Shown: positions 1 to 10,300 of the stretch, piece after piece
Position numbering within the stretch: the first letter of the stretch is position 1
Layout of the letters: each line of letters begins with the position of its first letter
NCBI GenBank assembly: GCA_038245845.1
Contig: JBBRRZ010000004.1
Location: forward strand, 39,142 to 103,141
Length of the DNA stretch: 64,000 nt
DNA from: Candidatus Limnocylindrales bacterium
GTDB lineage: Bacteria > Chloroflexota > Limnocylindria > Limnocylindrales > CSP1-4
Direction of reading: 5' to 3'
Notes under the pieces: generated by a model
Database searches by the model: none
What the model was told of the DNA's origin: nothing
Seen by the model: only the letters and a program-made list of their open reading frames with translations
Made by a program: the position numbers and the translations under genes

Positions 1-1213
1 GGAGATGGCCCGCTTCATCAAGCCGATCCTCGGGATCGTGCCCCCGGACCCCACGGACAACGACCCGCGGCCGCTGATGCCGCTCGCGGGCCTCGCCCGC
101 CGGTTCCAGCAGCTTCCCGAGCGCCAGCAGGCGGTGTTCGTCCAGCTGATGACGATGTCGGCGGCGGACTTCCTCGACCAATGGTTCGAGACGATCCCGC
201 TCAAGGCAACGATGTCCGCGTCCGGGATCATCGGCACCTACCAGGGCATCCGCAGCCCGGGGACGGCGTACGTCCTGCTCCACCACTACATGGGCGAGAT
301 CGACGGTGCGTTCCGCGCGTGGGGCATCCCGAAGGGCGGCACGGGCGGCGTGTCGTACTCGATCGCGCGCGCCGCGCAGGCACTCGGCGCCGAGATCCGG
401 ACCGAGGCGCCGGTGGCCCGGATCGTCGTCAAGGGCGGTAGGGCGTCCGGCGTCGTCCTCGAGAACGGGGAGGAGATCGAGGCGACGCACGTGCTCTCGT
501 CCGCGGACGCGAAGGTGACCTTCCTCGACCTCCTGGAGCCCGGCTCCCTCGACGCCGAGTTCGAGCAGGAGGTCCGCCGCTTCAAGTTCCGCGGCAGCTC
601 GGGCAAGGTCAACCTCGCGGTTGACCGGCTGCCGGACTTCACCTGCCTGCCGGGTGTGGGCGAGCACCTCCGGGGCGCGATCTCCTTCTCCCCGACGATG
701 GTCGAGATGGAGCAGGCGTACGACGAGGCGAAGTACGGCCACTGGAGCTCGCGGCCCTACATGGACATGATCATCCCGACCCTGGTCGACCCCCAGATGG
801 CGCCCCCAGGCAAGCACGTGATCTCGTGCTTCGTCCAGTACGCGCCGTACAAGCTGGCGCCAGGGCTTGGCACCTGGGACGACAACCGTGAGGCGTTCGG
901 GGACGCGGTCATCGACCGGATCGCGGAGTTCGCGCCGAACATCAGGGACATCATCATCGGCCGCCAGGTGCTCACGCCACTCGACATCGAGCGGACGATG
1001 GGCCTCACCGAGGGCAACATCTTCCAGGGTGAGCTCAGCCTCGAGCAGCTGTTCTTCAACCGCCCGGTCCCGGGCTACGCGAGGTTCAGGACGCCCGTCG
1101 CGAACCTGTGGCTGTCGGGCTCGTCCACCCACCCGGGTGGCGGCCTCATGGGTGCCAACGGGCGGCTCGCGGCGCTCGAGGTCCTCAAGTCCGTCGGGCG
1201 GAAGGTGGCCTGA
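1..1213 (+). CDS. Phytoene desaturase/PYROXD2-like FAD-dependent oxidoreductase (5'-truncated by window edge)
   Basis: AWGIPKGGTGGVS, DPQMAPPGKHVISCFVQY, LTEGNIFQGEL and C-terminal LSGSSTHPGGGLMGANG motifs; N-terminal GxGxxG lies upstream of the window. Confidence 0.85.
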   Translation, partial: EMARFIKPILGIVPPDPTDNDPRPLMPLAGLARRFQQLPERQQAVFVQLMTMSAADFLDQWFETIPLKATMSASGIIGTYQGIRSPGTAYVLLHHYMGEIDGAFRAWGIPKGGTGGVSYSIARAAQALGAEIRTEAPVARIVVKGGRASGVVLENGEEIEATHVLSSADAKVTFLDLLEPGSLDAEFEQEVRRFKFRGSSGKVNLAVDRLPDFTCLPGVGEHLRGAISFSPTMVEMEQAYDEAKYGHWSSRPYMDMIIPTLVDPQMAPPGKHVISCFVQYAPYKLAPGLGTWDDNREAFGDAVIDRIAEFAPNIRDIIIGRQVLTPLDIERTMGLTEGNIFQGELSLEQLFFNRPVPGYARFRTPVANLWLSGSSTHPGGGLMGANGRLAALEVLKSVGRKVA

Positions 1214-1215
1214 CG

Positions 1216-2826
1216 ATGACGACGATGAACACCTACGACGCGATCGTCATCGGTGCCGGTCACAACGGCCTGACGGCTGCCGCGTACATGGCCCGCGCGG
1301 GCCTGCGGATCCTCGTGCTCGAGGCGCGTGACCGCGTCGGCGGTGCGACCGTGACCGAGGAGCTGGCGCCGGGCGTCCGCGTCCCGTCGCTCGCGCATAC
1401 GGTCGGCCGGCTGCGGCCGTCCATCGCCCGGGAGCTGGAGCTCGCCCGGCACGGCCTCTCGCTCGTCGCCCCGGAGGTGCGTGTCTTCGCGCCCCAGGAG
1501 GACGGCCGCGCGGTGACGATGTGGAGGGACCTCGGCCGGACCGTGGACGCGTTGCGCGCCTGGTCGGACGACGACGCCACCTCGTACGTGGAGTTCGACC
1601 GGAGCGTCCGGACGCTGTCGCGGTTCCTCGCGGACCTCGGCGACGAGGCGCCGCCCGAGATCAAGGCGCCGGGCTTCGGGGACGCCCTGCTGGGGCTCCG
1701 GCTCGGGCGGGCGTTCCGCGGCCTGGGCAAGCTCGACGGGCGGACCATCCTGCGGGTCCTCGCGATGGCCGCCGCGGACTACGTCGCCGAGTCGTTCACG
1801 ACAGAGGCGATCCGCGGGACCCTCGCCTGGCGCGGCGTCCGCTATACCGCGATGGGTCCGTGGTCCGCGGGCACGACCCAGGTGCTGCTGTCCGATTCCG
1901 CGGGCAACGACGGCGGGGCTGCGGGTGAGACAGTGTTCGCGAAGGGCGGTCCCTCCGCGCTGGCCGATGCGCTCGCCGCCTCGGCGCTCGCCGCAGGCGC
2001 CGAGATCCGGACCGGCGCCCGGGTCGCGCACGTGTCCACCGTTGACGGGGCCGTGACCGGCGTCGTCCTCCAGTCGGGGGAGGAGATCACGTCCACCCGG
2101 GTGGTCTCGGGGCTCGATCCGAAGCAGCTGCTCACGACGCTCGTCGATCCGGTGACCGTGGGGCCGTCGATGCGCTGGCGCGCCGGGAACATCCGGACGC
2201 ACGGCTCCGTGGCGAAGATCAACCTCGTCCTCGACGGGTTGCCCGACTTCCCGTCGGCGGGCGGCGACCCGCGCGTCCTCCGTGGCCGGATCCAGGTCAA
2301 CACGACGTCCATCGACGCCATGGAGCACGCGTTCGACGCATCGAAGTACGGGCGCATCTCGGACGCACCGGTCCTCGAGGTGACGATCCCGTCGCTCGTG
2401 GACCCGTCGCTCGTCGCCGGGGCACCCGAGGGCACCCAGGTCGTGAGCGTGCTCATGCAGTGGATGCCGAAGGCGCCGGCAGACGGCGATTGGGCGTCGC
2501 AGCGGGACGCGATCGGCGACCTGGCCGTGCGGACGCTGGAGACGGTCGCGCCCGGGCTGGGCTCGCGGGTCACGGCGAGACAGGTGCTGACGCCGGCTGA
2601 TCTCGAGTCCGAGTACGGCCTCACCGGCGGCCATCCGCTCCACGCCGAGCCCGGCCTCGACTCATTCTTCCTGTGGCGGCCGCTCCTCGGCTGGGCGCGC
2701 TACCGGATGCCCGTCGCCGGGCTGTACCTCGCAGGCTCCGGCGCGCACCCGGGCGGCGGCGTCACGGGCGCACCGGGGCGCAACGCGGCCGCCGAGGTGA
2801 TCGCGGACCGGCGCAAGCGCCGCTAG
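1216..2826 (+). CDS. Phytoene desaturase/PYROXD2-like FAD-dependent oxidoreductase, paralogue of upstream gene
   Basis: YDAIVIGAGHNGL dinucleotide-binding motif, LEARDRVGG, C-terminal LAGSGAHPGGGVTGAPG; ATG 2 nt after upstream stop. Confidence 0.85.
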   Translation: MTTMNTYDAIVIGAGHNGLTAAAYMARAGLRILVLEARDRVGGATVTEELAPGVRVPSLAHTVGRLRPSIARELELARHGLSLVAPEVRVFAPQEDGRAVTMWRDLGRTVDALRAWSDDDATSYVEFDRSVRTLSRFLADLGDEAPPEIKAPGFGDALLGLRLGRAFRGLGKLDGRTILRVLAMAAADYVAESFTTEAIRGTLAWRGVRYTAMGPWSAGTTQVLLSDSAGNDGGAAGETVFAKGGPSALADALAASALAAGAEIRTGARVAHVSTVDGAVTGVVLQSGEEITSTRVVSGLDPKQLLTTLVDPVTVGPSMRWRAGNIRTHGSVAKINLVLDGLPDFPSAGGDPRVLRGRIQVNTTSIDAMEHAFDASKYGRISDAPVLEVTIPSLVDPSLVAGAPEGTQVVSVLMQWMPKAPADGDWASQRDAIGDLAVRTLETVAPGLGSRVTARQVLTPADLESEYGLTGGHPLHAEPGLDSFFLWRPLLGWARYRMPVAGLYLAGSGAHPGGGVTGAPGRNAAAEVIADRRKRR

Positions 2827-2875
2827 TTCGGGTCTCTCGCACGGGCGCCCTCCGGGAGGCCGCCGGCCGCGTGCG

Positions 2876-3412
2876 TCAGCCCTTCGGACCGCCGCCGAGC
2901 AGGTCGCCGATATCGCCGATGCCACCCGTGGCCGGGGTCGTGCCGCCCTGGCCGCCGCCCTGGCCGCCGCCCATCCCGCCGAGGCCGCCCATCAGCCCGC
3001 CGAGGATCGAGCCGATGTCGATGCCGCCGGAGGCGCCGCCGGCCGGGACCTTCCCGTTGGGCGTCAGCGCGTTGATGATCATCGGCAGGAAGGACGCGAG
3101 CATCGGGAGGAGCGCCTCGATCGAGAGCCCCGTCTGGCCCGACAGCTGCTGGACGGTGTCCGGCCCGAGCGCCTGGCCCAGCTGGTGGGGATCGACGGGC
3201 TGGTTCGGCCCGGTCCCGACCCACGAATCGACGGTCTCGCCCAGGCCCGCGTTGCGCAGCTGGCCGATCAGGCCCTCGAGCCCGCCCTCGCCACCCATGA
3301 GCCCGCCGAGCGCGCCCGCGAGGTCGCCCGTGCCGCCGGCGGCCGTACCGCTGCCGCTCGCCGTCGTGCCGCCACCGCCGAGCGAGCCGAGCAGCTTGCC
3401 GAGGTCGTCCAT
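2876..3412 (-). CDS. YidB/DUF937-like protein, Gly-rich
   Basis: GGLEGLIGQLRNAGLGETVDSWVGTGPNQPV...LTPNGKVP signature; AAGGAG RBS before ATG at 3412. Confidence 0.85.
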   Translation of the reverse strand: MDDLGKLLGSLGGGGTTASGSGTAAGGTGDLAGALGGLMGGEGGLEGLIGQLRNAGLGETVDSWVGTGPNQPVDPHQLGQALGPDTVQQLSGQTGLSIEALLPMLASFLPMIINALTPNGKVPAGGASGGIDIGSILGGLMGGLGGMGGGQGGGQGGTTPATGGIGDIGDLLGGGPKG

Positions 3413-3694
3413 GGGGAGCTCCTTCGATGCGCCGCCACGCCGTGCGGTCTCGGCCCATCTTCGCCGATCACGCCTCTGTGCGGGCACGCGTGTGGCGCCA
3501 CAGTCCGTGAATTCGGCATTCCGCCCCCGTCCGTGCAGGAATTGCGGACTGGCACGCCACGAAGGCAGCACACCGGCGCGAAACGACGAAGTCGCGGACT
3601 CAGGGTCCACGGGAACGGCTCGCCAGGGGCCGAAGTGTCGATGTGGTGGACTGAGAGTCAACACGCCCCGATGGGCATCGACGCCCGCCCGGGC

Positions 3695-4765
3695 TCAGCG
3701 ACGCTCGATCGTCGTCTCTTCCGCGATTCGCGCCTGCTCGATCCCCGGCGCCGACGGGGGAACGTCCGCGTCCAGCGCCGCCTCGACAGATGGCGCATCC
3801 AGGGACCAGTCCCACTCCTGGAGCTGGCGCATCAGGCGTCGCCCGGTCAGGTCCAGGTGGATCGGCGTCACCGAGATCCGGCGGTTGACGACCGCGTTGA
3901 AGTCCGTCCCCGGGATGCTGATCCCCGACGGCGGCGGCCCGCCGATCCAGTAGTAGGGAATGCCCCGCGGGTCCACCCGCGCGATCAGCTCGTCCTGGTA
4001 GATCCGGCGGCCGACGCGCGTGAGCTCGATGCCCTCGCACTGTTCGATCGGTACGCCCGGCACGTTGACCGAGATCAGCTCGCCGCGCTTGAGCCCGTGC
4101 TCCAGGATGTTGCGGGCGACGATCGCCGAGGCCACTGCGGCAAGCGCGAAGTCCACCTCCTCGACGTACTCCTGCGAGACCGCGAACGCGGGGCAGTTGT
4201 TGATCACCGCCTCCATCGCCGCCGAGACGGTTCCCGAGTACGTGATGTCGTCGCCCAGGTTCGCCCCGTAGTTGATCCCGGACGCGACGAGGTCGAAGCG
4301 TTCCTCGAAGAAGCCGAGGAACGCGAGGCTCACGCAATCGGTGGGGGAGCCGTCGATCGAATAGCCCATCGATCCATCGGCCAGCGTCCGCTCCCGGACC
4401 CGCAACGGGCGCATCAGCGTCTTCTGGTGCCCCACCGCAGACTGGTTCGTGTCCGGCGCGACCACCGTCACCTCGCCGATCGGTTCGAGCGCCCGCTTGA
4501 GCGCGAGGAGGCCGCGCGACTCGATGCCGTCATCGTTGGTGACGAGGATCCGGGGCCGGGACGTCCAGTCGCCCAGCGGCCGCCCGATCCGCTTGAGGGC
4601 CCGCCGCGCACCCCGCGGGCCGGCAACCGGCTCGCCACGCTCCTTGTCCAGGTCGCGCCGCTCGGTCCGGGCGCGCTCGCGGGTCATCTCGGGTTGCTGG
4701 GCGTTCGCCTGGTGCGGGCCCGGCGCTTCGGGATGGTTGCCGGGAGCCTCGGGGTCGTGGTTCAT
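3695..4765 (-). CDS. surE: 5'/3'-nucleotidase SurE with N- and C-terminal extensions (start uncertain, alternative 4687)
   Basis: RILVTNDDGI, VVAPDTNQSAVG, GSPTDCV, SGINYGANLG, YSGTVSAAME, ISVTPIHLDLT. Confidence 0.93.
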   Translation of the reverse strand: MNHDPEAPGNHPEAPGPHQANAQQPEMTRERARTERRDLDKERGEPVAGPRGARRALKRIGRPLGDWTSRPRILVTNDDGIESRGLLALKRALEPIGEVTVVAPDTNQSAVGHQKTLMRPLRVRERTLADGSMGYSIDGSPTDCVSLAFLGFFEERFDLVASGINYGANLGDDITYSGTVSAAMEAVINNCPAFAVSQEYVEEVDFALAAVASAIVARNILEHGLKRGELISVNVPGVPIEQCEGIELTRVGRRIYQDELIARVDPRGIPYYWIGGPPPSGISIPGTDFNAVVNRRISVTPIHLDLTGRRLMRQLQEWDWSLDAPSVEAALDADVPPSAPGIEQARIAEETTIERR

Positions 4766-4778
4766 CCGACGCGTGCGC

Positions 4779-6101
4779 TCATCGCTCGCCCTCGCCACCG
4801 AGCGCGGCTGGCGGCGCGGCGGGCGGTGCGGCGGGACGCTCGATCGCCTCGGGCTGGTCGGTCGCACCCGCGGTCGCCGCTCCCTCGATCGCGGCGGCGA
4901 TCGGCGTGCCCCTCGGCAGGGCGACGCCGTCGACATCGGCGTCCACGCCCGGCACCGGTTCACGTGGCCGACGCACGCTCCGCCCCTCGCGGGCCGACAG
5001 CCGCTGCGCCGCCCGGTCAGCGACGGTCCCGTTCTCGCGTGAGCGACCGAACCAGTGGAAGAAGAACGCCGACAGGACCGCGGCGATCGGGATCCCGAAG
5101 ATGGCCCCGGCGACGCCGGCGATCTTGGAGCCGATGACGACCGATGCGAGGACGACGATCGGGTGGATCCCCACCGCGCCCGACATGAGCCGCGGCTGGA
5201 GCACGTTCATCGTCACGAACCAGCCGATGCCCATGATGATCAGCACCGGGATGATCGCGGCCGGCTGGAACAGGAGCGCGACCGCGACGGGCGGCGCCCA
5301 CGAGATGAACGGGCCGAAGAACGGGATCGCGTGGAGCAGGCCTGCTGCGACCGTCGTCACCGCCGCGTACTCCAGGCCGAACACGATGTTCACCGCGGCG
5401 GTGATCAGGCCCATCGTCAGGCCCATGATCGCCTGGCCGCGGATGAAGCCGCCGAACGAGCGCGAGACGCTCGTCTGCAGGAGACGCGCCTCGGTCACGA
5501 ACCCCGGCGGCACCAGCCGGTACAGGAACGCGACGATGGCCTCGCGGTCCACCGCGATGTAGATCGAGAGGATGACCAGGATCAGGATGTTGCCGAAGAC
5601 GCCGACGCTCGCCACCGCCAGCGACTGGAGCGGCCCCACGAGCTCCAGCGCCCAGGTCTGGAGGTTCGCCACGATGACCGGCGCCTGCCCCACGAGGTCC
5701 ACCGCGAACCCGAGGCCAGCCAGCCGGACCTGGATCTCGGACAGGAGGTTGCGCAGGTTGTCCTCGAACCGCGGCGCATCCTGGATGAACTGCCCGATCG
5801 AGCTCGCGAGGCTCGCGGATGCCTGGATGAGCACCGCGAGGAGCACGAACACGATGGCGAAGTACACGATGATCACGGCCCCCGCCTGCGGGAGCCGCGG
5901 CAGCAGCCGCGAGACGAGGTTGATCAGCGGCAGCAGCGCGAACGACAGCAGCCACGACAGGAAGAACAGCAGCAGGATGTCGCCAAACGCGTAGAACACG
6001 TTGGCGAGGTCGGCGATGACGATGAACGCCAGCGCGACGACCGCGAGGATGAGGACGGTGTCGAGGAGTCGACGCTGTCGGTCAGTCAGCTCGATGGGCA
6101 T
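4779..6101 (-). CDS. AI-2E family (PerM-like) transporter
   Basis: Multiple TM segments; GFIRGQ, IPFFGPFI, LQPRLMSGAVGIHP, GAIFGIPIAA. Confidence 0.88.
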   Translation of the reverse strand: MPIELTDRQRRLLDTVLILAVVALAFIVIADLANVFYAFGDILLLFFLSWLLSFALLPLINLVSRLLPRLPQAGAVIIVYFAIVFVLLAVLIQASASLASSIGQFIQDAPRFEDNLRNLLSEIQVRLAGLGFAVDLVGQAPVIVANLQTWALELVGPLQSLAVASVGVFGNILILVILSIYIAVDREAIVAFLYRLVPPGFVTEARLLQTSVSRSFGGFIRGQAIMGLTMGLITAAVNIVFGLEYAAVTTVAAGLLHAIPFFGPFISWAPPVAVALLFQPAAIIPVLIIMGIGWFVTMNVLQPRLMSGAVGIHPIVVLASVVIGSKIAGVAGAIFGIPIAAVLSAFFFHWFGRSRENGTVADRAAQRLSAREGRSVRRPREPVPGVDADVDGVALPRGTPIAAAIEGAATAGATDQPEAIERPAAPPAAPPAALGGEGER

Positions 6102-6115
6102 GACGGAAGCCTACG

Positions 6116-7135
6116 TCAGCGGAGGCCCATCTTCTCGCGGACTTCGGCCATCGTTGTCGTCGCCTTTTCCCGGAGGCGGTCCGCGCCGGCCTCGAGGATC
6201 CCGTCCACCTCGGCCGGGTTCGCCATGAGCTCCGCGTAGCGTTCGCGGGCGCCGGCATAGTGGGCCGTGATCCGCGCCGCGAGGAGCTTCTTCGTGTCGA
6301 CGCAGCCGGTGCGCGCCGTGCGCTCGCCGTCCTGAATCTCCTCCCAGTCCTCGCCGAAGAAGCGGTGGAGCTGGCAGACGTTGCAGACCTCGGGCCGACC
6401 GGGGTCCGTGCGCAGGATCCGCTTCGTGTCGGTCACCATCGACATCACCTGTCGCCGGACCACCTCTGGCTCGGCGAGGACCTCGATCGTGTTGCCCAAG
6501 GACTTCGACATCTTCTTCACGCCGTCCGTGCCCAGGACAACCGGGGCCTCGGTGTACACCGCCGCGGGCTCCGGGAAGGTCTCGCCGTAGCGGTGGTTGA
6601 AGGCGCGCACGATCTCGCGCGACAGCTCCAGGTGGGCCGCCTGGTCCTTGCCCACGGGGACGAGGCTCGCCTTGTAGATGACGATGTCGGCCGCCTGGAG
6701 GACGGGGTAGGTCAGCAGCCCGTGGTTGATGTCATCGGGCTGGTTCTGCTTCTTCTCCTTGTACGTCGGCGTCCGCTCCAGCCAGCTCACCGGCGTGACC
6801 GTCGCCAGGAGCCACATCAGCTCCGTGTGCTCGGGCCGGTGGCTCTGGACGAACAGCGTGCAACGGTCCGGGTCCAGCCCGAGCGCGAGCAGGCTGGCGG
6901 CCATCTCGCGGGTCCGCTGGCGCATCGCGACCGGGTCATGGGTGCTGGTCAGCGCGTGGTAGTCGACGATGCAGTAGATCGCCTCGTACTCGTACTGGAG
7001 CATCACGTAGTTGCGGATCGCGCCCAGGTCGTTGCCCAGGTGGACGATGCCCGACGGCTGGATCCCGGAGAAGATCCGGGGGCGCTGCACGGGCGCGGCC
7101 AGCGGGGCGGGCAGGGGGGCGATCTCGACGCTCAT
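6116..7135 (-). CDS. trpS: Tryptophanyl-tRNA synthetase
   Basis: IFSGIQPSGIVHLGN (HIGH), YPVLQAADI, VPVGKDQ, KMSKS. Confidence 0.97.
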   Translation of the reverse strand: MSVEIAPLPAPLAAPVQRPRIFSGIQPSGIVHLGNDLGAIRNYVMLQYEYEAIYCIVDYHALTSTHDPVAMRQRTREMAASLLALGLDPDRCTLFVQSHRPEHTELMWLLATVTPVSWLERTPTYKEKKQNQPDDINHGLLTYPVLQAADIVIYKASLVPVGKDQAAHLELSREIVRAFNHRYGETFPEPAAVYTEAPVVLGTDGVKKMSKSLGNTIEVLAEPEVVRRQVMSMVTDTKRILRTDPGRPEVCNVCQLHRFFGEDWEEIQDGERTARTGCVDTKKLLAARITAHYAGARERYAELMANPAEVDGILEAGADRLREKATTTMAEVREKMGLR

Positions 7136-7374
7136 TGGCGGCGAGTGTAGCGGAGCGCGTCGGGGCTCCGAGCGGCGCAGCGTGGCGTCGGTCTGTCGAC
7201 TGCGTACTACCTCGTGGTCGAACGCACGACTTCGCGGGGCACATGGGCCACATGCAATAGACCGGCCGGGCCATACGCACTGGGACTCGCGACCAGCGAT
7301 CTGCGAAGATCCGCGAGCGACGGGCCGGCGCTCCGAGGGGACGTCTCCGCCACGGAGCTCTTTGGAGCGCCCAG

Positions 7375-10300
7375 ATGGCAGCCCGTGCCGTGCATCGCGT
7401 CCGGTTCCTGTCGCTCTGCGCGATCGCGGTGCTGTGCATTCAAGCCACCTACGTCGCGCCTGTTGCCGCGGCTTCGCCGTTCGTCACCAACCAGAGCACG
7501 GCCATTGGAACTGGGAGGAGAGCGGACGGCGGCGCCGTCAAGGTCACGCCAGCGCCGATTCGCATGGAGCCGACAGCGGTGGCCGGCGAGTCCGACGAGC
7601 CGCTTGTGACCCAGAGTTCTCCGAGCGTCGCCCGTCCGCCCAAGGCCCGGACTGAGCTCCAGTCCAAGCGCACGGAGAAGTCTCTGACCTACGCCAATCC
7701 GGATGGGTCCTACACGCTCGTCGTGAGTACCGGCCGGCTGAACTTCAAGGACGCGTCCGGCACGTGGCAGCCGATCAACCTGGCACTGGTCGACGACGCC
7801 GTCGGGGCATTCAGCTTGCGCGGCTCGGCAAACGATGTGACGACTCGCTTCGGGACAGTGAACGCGGAGGCTGGCCTGGCCCAGATTGCCGTTGGCGCCG
7901 ACGTCCTCACAATTCGCGCGATCGGGTATGGCCAGGGGAGCGCGATCCCAGCGGGGCAGTCGGTGCTCGGGTCCTCCCCGACCGACATCGCGCCCGACGT
8001 GGCCACGCCGGCCCCGTCGGCGAGCCCGGATACGGGCACGGCGCAAGGCACCATCGCTGCCACGCCAAGCCCTGCCCCATCCCCCGAGGCAACGGCCGCT
8101 GCATCCCCATCGCTCCCGAGCCTTGAGCCTGCCCCCACGCCGAAGGACACGCCATCAGCGGTCGTCACGCCCAGCCCAACCTCGTCGCCACTCCCCGTGC
8201 CAGCAAATACCCCTTTGCCGTCGCCGGCGCTGGCGCCAGGTTCCAAGGTTGCGGCACCCGGCCAAGGCCACAACGCCACCGTGTGGGCGCAGCCCCTGGA
8301 TTCCGGGCTCGAGTTCGGGGCGACATTCCCCGATTCGAAGTCCGCGACCGCGATCGATTTTGCCCTTGATGTCCCTCCGGGCGACGTGGCGCGTTTGGAC
8401 GGATCCGCCGTGGTCGTCGAGCAGTACACGCTCGATGGATCGGGCTCGCCGACGGTTGTGTTTGTGGGCCGCGTATCGACACCGGTGCTGTACGAGGGCG
8501 GCGGGGTCGACGGGGCCGTGCCGATCGTGGATCGCACCGTCACCAGCCTGACCGATCAGGGCAACGGGAAGTACGTCATTCGCTACGAACTCGACGCCGA
8601 CTGGTTCCACGACCCTGAACGCGTCTTCCCGATCGTGCTCGATCCGACGATTTGCCTGCGGGCAGGTGGCGGTACAGGTTGCACCACCGGCGACACGCAC
8701 TACGCCAACACGTACATCGGTCAGGGACAGCCGACGACCTACCCGACCACGCCGTCCACGCTTCGTGCAGGGCTCGACGCGATCGGATCCCCTGACGCCG
8801 CATGGGGCACGCTGCGCTCGCTCGTCTCCTTCGATCTCAAGGACTTCGTGAACCTCACCGACGCGCAGCAGGTCAGTGCGGCCACGTTGACGCTTCGCGA
8901 GGACAACAATCGGCACGGTACGACCAACGCCGGCGTTTACGCCTACCTGCTCTCGAAGGGATTTACCAACACCACGACCTGGAACGACATCAATGCCAAG
9001 ACCGTTGCGGGATATGGGGGCGTCAAGGTCAATGCGTGTGCCGCCACCACGACGGATTGTGACCTCGCGATTGATGTCACCGACATCCTGGCCGCCAACC
9101 TGTCGAAGAACCCTGCCTCCTGGAAGGGCGGCTGGGGCTTCATGATCCAGGCATACAGCGAGTCGACGTGGGATGAGATCGACTTCTACACTGGCCAGGA
9201 CGCGACCGTTTCGAATCGCCCTCGACTGTCGATTACGTATGTGACGCCCGCCGTCGCGCTCGACTTCGATTCGTCACTCGGGCCGACGTACAGCCCCTCG
9301 ACGATGGCGCCATCCGTGCCCACCGTGCTCCCGATCGTTGTCTCGAACAAGGCCGCGACGACGATCGACAAGTGCACAAGCACAAGCGATCTGGACTGCT
9401 ATCAGCTCGGGTATCGATGGTTCAACGGCAAAGGCCGCCTGGTCTCGAGCACCTCCTTTGGCGCGATGAACCTCATCGCCGACATCGCCGCCGGAGCCAT
9501 AACTCCGACACCGCTCGCACTTGCCATTACGCCCCCCGCGTCGATCGGGCAGTACACGCTCCGGCTCGACCTCGTGCATCGGATCGGGGGCTCCGCAGGG
9601 ACGCTGGTGTGGGCGTCCGACTTTGCTGACCCCTCCAAGTACTACGCGCGGAACAAGAAGGTCCTCGCGTCGGACGGGACGCGGTGGACGGGCATCAGCC
9701 TCATCGAGCGCGACGAGTTCACCATCACAGTCGGCTCCGGCGACATTGCTGCCGATCCGCACAGCGCCGCAGGCATGAGCATCGATCTCGCGACCCGCAA
9801 CCTCGCCTACACCGCGTCCACGGGTCTCGGATTCGGCGATCTCGTCCCGATCGGTCTCGACTATGCCTACAGCAGCGCTGACGCCACCAACTGCACGGGC
9901 TATCTGGGGATCCTTGGCGCGTGCGGATGGTCAACCTCCTGGGATGAACGGGTCACCGGGGGGCCAAACCAAACGGGCTACGACTACATCTACCAGACCA
10001 CGGCGGGGGCACGGTATGTCGCCGACACCGACGCCGACGGCCAGCTCGTGTCAGGGGCGCCCGTCCTCCTCGAGCGGCCACGCGTGACGATCGCCGACGA
10101 GACAAAGCCGGCGGGCAGCGGGATCACGCAGATCGACCCAACAAGTCCGTTCGAGGCGTTCTCGGGTTCGCTGATCAGCCGGGCACCGTCGAATGCAAGC
10201 ACGGGACTGGGCGCACCGAGTACGACCAGCCCCGTTGGCCTGAACACGTATTCGCAGGTGCGGTTCGCGATGCGGACGGACTCGGCAACGAGCACCGGGC

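Noticed and set aside
1-2826. crtI/crtO carotenoid genes
   Set aside because: Motifs fit the PYROXD2-like branch and no crt genes are nearby
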